This document shows positions 12,575-24,595 of a DNA stretch of 64,000 bases, in pieces. A program made the translations under genes and the position numbers. The first letter of the stretch is position 1; every line of letters begins with the position of its first letter. The stretch is from Carcharhinus amblyrhynchos (lineage: Eukaryota), in contig OZ336897.1 in the NCBI GenBank assembly GCA_965287045.1, positions 25,482,001 to 25,546,000 on the forward strand, given 5' to 3'. A model generated the notes under the pieces. That model was not told the DNA's origin. It worked only from the letters and a program-made list of their open reading frames with translations, and did not search any database.

Positions 12575-13490
12575 TTGCTGACACAAACTGCTGTATTTCC
12601 AATAAGTGAAAGGCTTAAATGCCCCAAAGTTGCTTTGAAAACAGCTACAGGAAGTAAGTATGGAAAGTAAGTGGGTATGGGAGTAGAGCAGGCAAAGAAG
12701 TAGAGTGGGTGAAATAAATGGGTAACGAGGTAGAGTGGGTAAGGTAAATGAGTGAGGGAGTCGAGTGAATAAGGGGATAGGGTGGGTAAGGCTGTAGGGT
12801 GGCAGGTGGGTAGGGTGGCAAGGTGATGGGTGGGTCCAGTGAGCAGGCTGGCAGGCGGATGAGAGTGTAGGTCAGGGCTAATCAGGTCAAAGCGTTTTGG
12901 AGCAGGTTGGGGGCTAATCAGGTCAGGTCAAGGCTAGTCAGGTTGGGTTCAGGAGAAAACGGGAGCTCAGGAATTGTCAGATGGTTGGCACTAGCTAGAT
13001 AAGTTCAATGGCTAGTCAGGCTGGTTGGGGGGAGATAGGGCTCGGGAATCATCAGTGATTGGAGCTGCCTAGGTCAGTTCAGGGGCAAGTCGGGTGGGGA
13101 AATCAGTGATTGGGGGTTGTCAGTGTGGTAAGTCACGGGGGGAGGAGAAGTGGGGGGGGAGCCTTCAGTGTCAGTGATTGTGGAAGGTGAGTTGTTTAGT
13201 TACCAGGTGTTAGGCTAGGTTTGTTCCGTTTAGCAATTCCTAAGTAACTCTCCAGGTAAATACCGTGGAACTGTCTGAAGTTCCCAACTCAAACTCAAAG
13301 GTGAGGACATTTTCTGAGGGTCATGGGAAGCAGGAGAATTGCTTTTTGGAATTTCAAACTCCCCAGGCAATTCCCACAGAATCCTTGCATTGAGGCAACT
13401 GAGCATCTTCCTGATGTGTCCAGTTGCTGGCAATCCAGAGACCAGGCGATTTGGGCCTATGTTATTTGAATTGTTAGCCATTTAATTCCC
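12575..13490. repeat. Unclassified interspersed repeat, copy B
   Basis: Colinear similarity to copy A (3990-5222) without the nested insert. Long GGGT/TAGTCAGG-rich interior. Confidence 0.65.
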
Positions 13491-14295
13491 CTGTACATTT
13501 ATATAATACTTCCCATCATTGTGAACTCTCAATTAGGAATTATCAATAATCTCAAATACAGGACTGTGTCACTTAAGCAGACACCTGAACCCATTCACAA
13601 AATCCCTTTAACTACATGTGCTGTTTAAACATTCCAACATTGAATATATCTCATTGTTAATGATCCACAATGTGCTGATTATAAATTTTTATTTTTAAAA
13701 ACGTTCTTTAACATGAGCCGAAACTGGTCTTTGAAAGGGGTACTAGTTTTCTGGCTGGAGGGCTTTTCATTTTAATAGACTTGCATTCTTTCCAGTAAAC
13801 ATAAATATTATCAGTGTGAGTAGATAGCTCATAAATTCATCTCCATGTATTCTGAAATTGTGCGCAAGATCTTATTGCAGAGATTACTCTATCTTCTATG
13901 TTTTCTTGCGTTTGTGTTCGTCAATGCGAGGATCGACAGTGCTGCAGGAATGAAATGTTTTTACTTTGCACATGTTAACAGCATCGAGCACAGCCAAGAA
14001 ATATATGAAATGAACTAAATGCAATTAGCAGCTCTTTCTGCATTGTTATGACAGTGCACTTAGATTTTATACATACATACAAACAGACGCACACATACAC
14101 AGTTACATACACAGATGCACACCGACACACACATTCAGTATTAATATAACTTTTGCATCTCTTACACAATTTGTTGTCATTCAAATTCACAAATTATACA
14201 AGATCTGAGAACAAGTTTCTGCTGTGGACTTGATACCGACCATTTCACTTTGGAGAAAATAAATATTTGTCCTTTCTGATTAAGCTAAATTAATT

Positions 14296-14339
14296 AAAGT
14301 TGTCCCTTAACCTTAAATTAATGGTTAAGGGACAACTTT
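14296..14339. repeat. Perfect 17-bp inverted repeat with 10-nt spacer
   Basis: AAAGTTGTCCCTTAACC-ttaaattaat-GGTTAAGGGACAACTTT. Confidence 0.95.
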
Positions 14340-14899
14340 CAATATACAACTTCCTAATAAAGTTTTAATAAGAAATATCTTTTAACCATTGCTCTATTAA
14401 TTGCACCATTTCCCCAAAATGTCACTATTTGCAGCCTAGGACTTATTTTAGGTAGTGCTTAAATTCTATTTGAAACTAATGCTTCCTTTTTAGCAGCCTG
14501 TTATAAATTTAGGGATGATTTATTGAATTCTGACTTTGCTGGTCTCTGTCCTCAGACCTTGGACTGTTCTGTGACTATAACCACAGATCAAGGGAAGGAA
14601 TGTGTAAACAAGAAACTTTAACATTCCATTTGGTTAATTGATCCCAAATGCTGTCTTATATTGACTACTAGCACATACACATTTTTCTCCATTTATTTAT
14701 TTATGTTTCCTGATCAACAGCATTTACGAATCCTCGGTTGCTTGGTGTTGCCCAGCCGTCCATCCAAAAATATCTTGGAAGTAAATAAAGAAGCATCAGC
14801 ACCCTTTTCTCTGTGTTCTTGTTCCTAGATTAAGTCTTTCCCTATCAACATAACAGCTGAACCAAAGAAGCCCTGACATGTGAATGCACAGAGACATGT

Positions 14900-15132
14900 A
14901 GGTTTGCCAACTCTGGTTGGTATTCCTGAAGGGTTCATCGCATAATCTCTTGCTCCAATCACCCCACTCAGTTAAACAGCTTTCTTGAAAAGCAAGCCCT
15001 TTCCTAGCTAATAAACAAAAGTGAAAAATGCACACGTTTTTAACACTTCAATGGTTTTTGCTCTTGAGATTCATGGAGATGAATATTTCATTCCTGAAGA
15101 CTCCAGGGCAATCCAGGATGGTTGCGAACCCT
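14900..15132. mobile_element. Short MITE-like non-autonomous DNA element
   Basis: Imperfect terminal inverted repeats AGGTTTGCCAAC ... GTTGCGAACCCT enclosing ~230 bp of non-coding sequence. Confidence 0.55.
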
Positions 15133-16989
15133 AGAGACCAAAAAGGTCCAAAGAACTTATTTGGTTCAATTTAACATAGTGAAAATAAACACTTGAACAA
15201 ATTCAAGTAATGTTGGTCTAATGAAAAATCTGCAGAATATCTAATGAATTAATTTTCTGATTCCAGATAAGTGCAAGAGGCATCATTTACTTATACATAC
15301 ACTGATATAATCATATTCATATTTTGCATTAAATATTGATCATTCTGTGCACAGTAATTCAGGTGCAATCTCTGGCTTTTCTGAAACTTGTCTGGAAGTA
15401 CCAACAGGCATACATTCTAGAATGCCTGCCATCAGTGGCCATTGCCTCTGAATCCCTGAAGTCCTCATTAGAATGAAGCTGCCTCAAATTAGATCTACAA
15501 ACTCAAACAATCTTTCATCTCTTTTGAATACTTGTGGAAGTATTTTTGTTTCCTGGTAACTTCTATTGTGTCCAGCATTCTGTGACTAAACCCGGGAGAG
15601 AACAAAGTAAACCAAGAGACAATTACTTTCCTGCATCATATTTTTAAAGAAAATCTGACAATTACTGCTATAAAGCTGCTTTTGACCATAAATAAAGATT
15701 TAAGTTTGATTTAGGATATATCCAAACTGACAGAGCCTGTGATCTGCACATGGATTGCTAAGATATATAACTAAGAACTAAGGAAACCACAAATGATTTT
15801 GCTGTGGCTTAAAACATATTATCTAAACCATTTTATCCATTATACCTATGAAGACAAATTTTCTTTACTGGGTCCTGAGTTCCCGTCTGTATACATTCAT
15901 ACTTTAACATTTTCAGTATAATGCAGGAAAGTAAATCATTGCTGCTTGAGAACAGCAGCTCCTTAAAAAAGACAACTTATAAACAACATTTTAAAAAATG
16001 CTCAACCTGAAATATTGTGAATGAAATAATACTGTAGCCCAAAGCTATTTATGTAGAGGAACATGTATTCAAAGCATGTTTATCTGCCTTTACCACATAT
16101 GATTCCTGTCAAGGTGCACGATAATGCAGTATGACATTAACTTCTAATGCACTGCGTTTGTTACTGGCCGGCTCAGAGACTAGAGAACTTATTCCCATGG
16201 CTTCCAATTTTCTGTGACAGTGAGCATGGAATAAGAAGTCATTTTTTTAAAATCTCATAGCTTGATCTGCTTGTGTTTCGAGCTTTCTATGATACGTTTA
16301 ACTTTAGCTCTTGCCCTGGTTAGGTCTTCAGTTTTGTGGGTCTTGCTGAATGCTAAAAATGTGACCATTTTGAAAATGCAGGGTACTGGAAACCTGTTAA
16401 CATACAGCTAAGTCTTTGTTAACTAAATATTTTGATTGCAGTTTCACAATACAGTATCCAACCAACATAGCTTGAAAGTTCCAAGCTACAAAGGAATCCA
16501 GTGCTCATAAAGCAAAAGAACTGCAGGAGGTTTAAATAAGCCAGCATCTAATACCCTTAAACAATCAAATTAGTTTGTTTGTGTTAGAACTCAAATTGTC
16601 TGGAACATTTGCCAAACAAGCCCTTCAGACTCAATACATTATCACATTGTTTTTTGAAATATCTCAGTCGTGTAGACAATTGCATATGAAAATTTAATTG
16701 CTTAAAGGCATGATGGTTAACTGATGTTTATTCTCTATCTTTGCTGTTTGAAGACTGCAGCAGTGATCTGACAACCTAAAACAGGAATACAGTAAATAAT
16801 GCTTTGTACTTTCTCTCCTCTGGCAGCTTACTGTTGATATCCTTAATATGGCTCTTTGAATGTTAACATTCAATGATAATTTGCTACCTCCTGTATATAG
16901 GAATATTGTAAGGTTAATGTGATGGAATTGATAATTCGTCATTTTATGCACTAATTTTGATATGATGTTAACAAGTCATTTTGGTCACC

Positions 16990-17223
16990 ATTAGCAGCCC
17001 TGCATCCAACTGCTAGGTACCAAACTTTGAAATCCTCTCCCTGAACCTTACAGCCTCACCACCTCTCTCTGTCATCCTTTAAAACCCACCAAGCTTTTGG
17101 TCACTTATCCGCATATGCTACGTGGCTAGGCATTAAATTGTACCTGATAGCATTCCTCCAAAGTGCTTTAGAATGTTTTGCTTCTTTCAAGGCACTATAT
17201 AAAGCAAATTGTTGTTACTGTTG
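16990..17223 (+). mobile_element. L2-clade LINE, 3' fragment
   Basis: CCAAGCTTTTGGTCAC and terminal TCAAGGCACTATATAAAGCAAATTGTTGTT. Similar to 5245-5608. Confidence 0.6.
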
Positions 17224-17274
17224 TGAAAGTCCAGTGTGGAAAACATTTTAGCCTGATTCTGAGTGGACAGAGAC

Positions 17275-17780
17275 CCACAAATTAAAATTTAGTGCAATTG
17301 CTGTGAAGTTGTTTAGAGAGACCAAGCAATAGCTATTGTGCAAAGTGGGAATACATCACACTGGTGTAATTGGACATGCTCTTCTAAACTGGGTCCAGAT
17401 GCACATTATTGGACAGGCAGTAGGGAGCTGTATTCTTTATCACAACACCCTGAGCATTGGTGCTGACATTGGTTCCCGAAATGGAAAGTTATTGCACGAG
17501 CTAAAATTTTTGCTTCATGATCAGAAAATAACTGTTTTGGAACATGTCCCAAGGAGCTTCTCTGGGGGTCCTTTCCAAGATGAATGTGATGACCATTACT
17601 TTGGAATGATGGACATTGTAAATGTCTGCATTACAAACAAGGAAAGGAACTGGGACTGGGTTCAAAAGTACATTCCAAGACCAATATGTCTGACACATGT
17701 CATTTGATGATCCCAAGGTGTACAAAGAATACAAAAAAATTGAATGTAATTAAAGAGTATTGAGAGGGGGACAACAAGAA
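17275..17780 (+). mobile_element. Possible very old CR1-like relic
   Basis: Only faint motifs: an LKFSA..CEV-like stretch and DWVQKYIPR, resembling ERVQRRFTR. Confidence 0.3.
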
Positions 17781-20700
17781 GTCTCATAAATATATACTGG
17801 AGTATCTAGTAAAATGAACAAAAATATCCAGCTGGATTGAAATCACTGCTGAACATTCAGAATGTTATCTGCGTTTAAAAGTTCAAATATTCTATTTGAT
17901 ATTTACTGTCCAAAGATAATGGAATCTATTTACATTCCACAATATACCAAAATATATATGTAGATGTATGGAATTTTTCCATGTTTTTTCACGAAGAATT
18001 TTTTTAAAAAGACTTTCATTGATCTATGGAGATAGGAACTTGTTCAAAGTTATTGAAATAAAGCTATACCTATCTTTTAGAAAACTGTCCAAGGTAAATA
18101 ATTTTTGCTAATATACATTGAAGAGAAAAGTGACTTAAGTTTCTGAATGTTTTGCAATGTTCCTTGGCATAAGAAATGTCAGCAGAAATGTGTGCTTAAA
18201 TTGTCATTTTAATTACTGACTGTGCCATGGACAAGGATATAATTTTAATTACCGATTATACCATGGACAATAACTTTTTTTTCAGTGAAATATCAAATGG
18301 TACTTTACGTCGCTTTGTTCCTAATGGAATTCTGGCAGGGACACTGATAAAGAACAGGCTGATTACTGACATATTGGTCTTCAAAGGTATTCAAAACTGC
18401 AAAGTGTACGATGTGCAACTTAAATCGAAGTGTTGCAATATTATGATCAGCGGTCACACAGAATAGACTTTCTTCTTAGCACATGCTGCTGGCCCCAGGC
18501 TGTATTTCACTGTCCAAATATTGCTCAACAATGGAATTCAGCATCCTGCAATTTCATTACGACCAAACTTCCGGTTATACCTAATTTGTTATTTTACACT
18601 TCTCTCTTCTATAACTCGCTTTTGTTACTAAGGATTGTTGTTTGAAATTAAAGCATTACCTTTTTTTCGCATTATTATCCAAACAACATGGCGGGACTGC
18701 AAAAGTGCAGCTTTGCAAGTAATTTAACTATTTCATAATTCATGCTTTATTTTACTTTTCTAAGCAAAATATTTGAATGCAATCATCCTCTTCATTGCAT
18801 GCTAAATGTAAACAAACTTATTATTTCACACATTCGTGCATATGGGAAATTCAATTGCAAAATTAACATTCATTAGTTTTGCAGATGGGATATAGCCAGG
18901 GATGTATTAGGCTTGTAATTTGGTGGATGAATGGGGACATGTTGAACCAGTTTAAATTCTGCATGGCTGTAACACTTACTATGGTTAAACACGTCGCTTT
19001 CAAATGTAAAAAGGATTGCATAATAATTAGATTATCCCATGAGTGAAATTTCCGAACTGAAGTTCAACAATTTAAGAGGAGAACATATTGAATCTTCCGC
19101 CTCTAGTGACAGATTGACATTGACCCCACCTTGCCTCGATAAGAATGGAAAGAAATTTCACAGGTGCGATATCCTCTAATGCTTTATGTGAGAAAATGGG
19201 TCAGTTTACGGACTATGACCAATTTCATTACTGTATCCAAATTGACTCAAGTTGGCCAGAGACTCTGAGATGGGACAGGAAGTCGATTGTTAAAGTGCTG
19301 GAAATACATTGCCTGGTTTCTGAAATAATCAGACTACAGTCAGATTTAATTAATTAGATTAAAACTGGGGTATCAAGGAAAATGCAATTGGCATTTTAAC
19401 CAGGCATGGTGCAGTCTAGAATGGTTCCTCTTCTTCGGAGAAGTCGGGCACGCAATCCTGAGAACAAATAAAGAAATGTTTATTGTATAATCGAGTTCAC
19501 CATCTTAAAACATAATAGCTCATTATAGAATAACTGTGGAGGTAAATAGATATTGTATTACGATAAAGCCACAGAAAATACATGTGGGACACCTTCCTTG
19601 GTGTTTCTGCCTCCCTTTGGGCAATCCCATTGATCTAATCTTGCACCTGTTAAATAAATTGTATAAAGAGGTGATCGCGGGCTCCATAATTTTAACGCAA
19701 CAATCCAGAAGCACATTTCACAATTTGCAACTGATGCACATCCACGCTCTTAAGTATTGAAGCGTGCTGTAAATTGGCAGACGATTATCTTTATAAGAAC
19801 CCAGCATAAGGCGACCTCGACCTTAAATATATCGATGTTTTAAAACCTGTCGTTTTTAAACAAAATCTTGTCATTGCATGTACCTCTGATAACATCTTAC
19901 ATTTTCATTTCAAGTGAGGGCCAAGTGCAATTTGGGCTAAAGAGGCTGGTCGGATACTGCAAAGGAAGCCTGCTCTCTAAAGAATATGTGACCATTTTTA
20001 AAATAAAATACTTCAGCACAGCTAAAACATCCCTGGCATTTGCCAAATGTATTCGTTTCTTTCCAGCGATGGTAACAATAGTCACGAATTAATTGGGAGA
20101 GAGAGAAAAGACGTATGTTCCAGCTTTAAATGAACCATGGTCAGAATGATATTTGAGTCAACATAGTTGGACAAAAAAAAAGCTGCATTCAATGCCCAAT
20201 TTGCAATGAAGTCTCAGATTTGTGTATAATGAATTCGAGTACTGTACTGTTAAGTAATCCTTCTCTGTTATATTGCATTCTGTGCCAAAATCTCAGCAAT
20301 ACAAATTGCATTTATTCAAGGCTTTCTATTAAGTTATAAAGCTTCACATTCGCACAAAATATCCCATTTTCCATTGTGATCGCTAATCCAAACAGATGTG
20401 ATACAATTGCTTTTATTTGTGCCCAATCAGGAATATGTGAAAGGCGCAAACATGTTTGGAGGTGAAGTGATGCGCTGAATTAAACTACAGTTTAACTTTC
20501 CATGCTTGATTTTGTTTTCTTCCCCCTGCCCTAATCACTTGCTAAGTCAACAGTTATATGGAGGTCGTTGCAAAGCTAGAGGGCAGGACCAACGCATCTT
20601 AAAGCAACATTTTACAATGGATCTCAGACCCTATTCACTATCTGTCATGGAATCAATTAGCTAGACTCACAACACTATATTCAAATAACTTTTTTAAAAA

Positions 20701-23700
20701 ATATATGTTTTTCTCGCTATAATGATGCTGACACTTCACCCCCGCCCCCCACCCCCACCACCACCACCACCCGTTCCCCCACTAACCCTACTTCAAATTT
20801 CATACGGCCATCTCATATCATTCTACTTGTCTTGCAATATCAAAATGCTTTAAAGTCCAGGAAATTTGACCTGGGCCTGAGCTGGAACTTCTGAGACAGG
20901 TACTCCAGTGAACGGCTGTGATGGAGGAGCGGCGTATGAGGTGTCAGCCACTTCTGTGAATGCATCGAATCTTACAATGCATATGCAAAGTTATTATTCT
21001 ATTACACACTTTACCGCCGGCTTTTATTTTGGTCCCTAAACTCCTGGCATGAAGGATATGTTATATTTTCTCCTTACAGCTATTTCCATCACCGAAGAAG
21101 GAGGTAGTTAAATATTTCTGTCGGCTGCTTTTGATCATAAATCAGCGATTTGAATGATGCTGGCTTAGAATTAAAGGGTAAGCATAATATTTCAAATAAA
21201 GCAACGGGAATGGGGCGGGGGTGGGAGGGGGGGTGGAGGAGGTGGTGGTGGTGTGGTGCTTATCCATTTGACATAAATGCAAGGTTTGCCCGAAACAAGA
21301 AGTCAAAAGTAGCTCCGTTTGGAACAGACATACTTTAATTATCTCACGAAGCTGATTTCCTACACAACATAATTTCAGATTTTGGAGAGGGTGGGGGAAA
21401 AATTACTAATTAAATCTAGTATCCGAGGACTGGAGATGTTTGATAACTAAAATCTTCATCAGCAATTTATCTTCCTGCAGCATAAATTTGCTGCAAAGCT
21501 GTGCTTTCATAGCTCTGACGAGTCCTATTAATCTTCTTCACCAAGTTTTCGATAGGAGTCTAGAGCTATTTGCGCCATGTGATCTGCTAACATCTAAATT
21601 GTCATCTAGAAGGGCAGAAGGGAGCTTCCAGCTTGAGCTACTCCGCCTGCACGGTCCCAGGAAGAGCATAAATAACATAGAATGCCAGATCTATTTAATT
21701 CGAATTGATCAATACTTTAATATTACACGGAAATGTTACGTGTAATTTAAGTGTCATGGTGGGTGGGGGGTTGTGGAGGGACTCTTCAGGCTAGGTCACT
21801 TGATGCCCACAACATTATAGAGAAATGCAGAAACAAAACTTAGCTATTATGCACCATGGAGATTTATTGATCAACTAGTCCGTTTATGTGCCAACATATT
21901 AGCTGGAATAATTAGGAAGAGACAAGATTTCAGCAAGTAACTCTGGGCAATGGGATCAAGTAATTAAGTTGCTTGCATTAGGGAAGAATAAGGGGGGCTG
22001 TGGGTGGGAGCTCGCTCCTGGCCAGTCACTTCAGATAGCAGGACGTTTTGAGTCATTTTTTTTTAAATGACCAAAAATGGGGTTTGATAAATTTGCCTGT
22101 ATCAGCGTATTGTTCCGTTTTGTTCACACTCTGTTATATAATGTCAAGAATCCCTTCCGATCCAATAGTTATTCGAAAATAAGTTGAACATGAAAAATAT
22201 ATGCCAAACTTTAAAGTGACTGATTTTGCATTTGGCATGTAAATAGTGTCAGGAATAGGTGGTTCACACAAACGCCTTTGTTGCTGAATTATAAACAAGC
22301 ACCCACAGACATAATAAATTTGAATGTAAAGTTCTGATCAGATAGCTAACAGTCATTTTATGGAGATAGGAAATCACAGTGTAACCCTATTGCAATGTCA
22401 CGCCACGGCAGAGTCAAACGTATCTCTTACTATTATCTCCCTTACGAACTACATCTACTTTGGTTGTAAAGAGGAGAGGGAAGGGGGAAAAGGAAGAGAT
22501 AGAAAAATGCTGGCGTTCTGCCTAAAGAGAAATCATTGAAACAAATTAATCCTTCGCCGGTTAAATTGACATGGCAATCCATCATCTCAGAGCCAGCCTC
22601 TGAAAGCAATCTACTGGCTGCATGTTCTCAGATTGGCCCGGAGGGCACAGAGACAGATAGAGAAGGGGAAAGAAGGGGGGGGGGGGGGGGGGGGGGTGGT
22701 GGAGGAGGAGGGGTGGGGGTGAGCACGCCTGTAGCCTGCACCTTTAAATGAACAACAAAGTGTTTATGGAAGAAATGCGAGGACAATAAAAGAAACCTAA
22801 AAGTTAAAGCAGCACCCACGTCGGTGATTAATGGAAGTTAAAACGAACACTGAAACTGACTGTTCACAGAGGAAGACAAGATAGACAGCAGGTGAAATGT
22901 CTGCTCCCCACATCTTGTGTAAACAATATGGTACTTTGGTTAAAAAAAGTGACACTGTCCCAGAAGCGTTAATTAATAGCAAAACTGAAGTTTTTTTTTG
23001 AAAAAAATGAAGCGGTTAGGACATCTATCCATCTTTTAACACATAAAATAAGCATAGAATAATCATATTTCAAAATAAGCCATAAAATGTCAGTTATCTA
23101 AAAGCTGAATTGGAACCAGTTGCAAACAAGGGAAACCCCAACTGATTGACTAACAAATAGGAGTGAGGGGAGAATGCAAATCTAATTTCGCACCTATATT
23201 ACTGCGGTCTTGTTGAATTTGGGGTGGGGTGGTCTGGAGGGGGTGGGGGAGACTAATCATTTGCTGTAATACTTTATTGACGGCTGGACCCAGGTTTAGC
23301 ACAAACTTGTAAACGTCGCGCTAAGAGATCGCCGAATTCGAGAGGTGTGTGAAGTTGTGTGGCGAGGAAAGGCTATCCGGAGACGCGAGTAAAAGCCTTT
23401 AAACAATATATTAAGAGGAAAGCTGTAGAACCCTAGCGTTTCCCCAATAATTAAAGCGGACAGTGACAAATTGGTTTACATCGGTAATACAAATCGTGTC
23501 TGCAGCAGTCTAGAAGCAAGTACCAAAGTTTAAAAAAAACAGCTTTTCGTAGTAGTTTTTTTTGTTCTGAAGAAAAGTTGAATTCTCTGCGCTCCAAATA
23601 AATGTGCCTGTTTCTCTTGTCCAGCCAAGACCAGACTGGACATATATTCACGACACAAATGCCTCTATTAAATTCTATTTGCTCTCCGTCCCTAACCCCA

Positions 23701-24531
23701 AACTCAGTCCTTACAATATCCATCACTCTGTTACCCAAACTTTTACTTTCTCCGCCTCAAATCATCTTTCTGACACCCCCTGTTGACAGCTCTTGTTTCT
23801 TGTTTGTTTCTGGGGGTCGGTGAGTATCGATCCCATTGCTTCGCTACCTTTCAGCATCATTCATCCTTGCAGCGTGAGCGAGTGCAAAGTGCGTCGCAAG
23901 TTGGGGTCGGTTAAAGGAAGCATTCGAAATGGACTTGAAGTCAGAAATCTGCATGAGCTGCCAATTGCCATTTGTAACCTGGGTCGGAAAATGTGCGGTT
24001 CTTACTGTGAATCAGTGTATAAACATGCAATGTGTAAGGAAAGGCGAGAGGAATCTCTTGTGCAAACAATGATTGCAAAAAAAAACTACCCGACTAAACA
24101 AAAATCAGCAAAATTCACAACCTGCGATTTCACAAGAAATCAAACACTTGTCAACTATTTCTGAAATTCTAATAGCCCCGACCTCTACCCAGTTTTTAGC
24201 TAGTCTTGTCATTTAATCCTCTATTGTCTGGTATCCTCGCATCAGACCATATCCCAGGGAAGTTTATCACCAGAGAACTATATTATTTCCCCTCTCTCCA
24301 GCCAACGAAACGCCAGTGAGTTTCTAACAGGACCCTCTCCTGGTCTAAAGCTTTCCGCCTCCCCTTCAAACTCTATCAGATGTGTTTTACGTGTTCATTA
24401 GCCTGGTTAACCTTTGCTATATCTTGGGCCGGGATGGGTTAATCAGGGCAACACCGTGAGGCCTGGGGTCAGAGGCGACCATCTTGAGCTTGGAGTGTGG
24501 GATTTTTGCTTTAAGGTGAGGGTGCATGCAT

Positions 24532-24538
24532 CCTCTCT

Positions 24539-24583
<45 letters not shown>

Positions 24584-24595
24584 TCTCTCTCTCTA
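24532..24595. repeat. Compound (CT)n(CA)n(CT)n microsatellite
   Basis: Read directly from the sequence. Confidence 0.95.
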
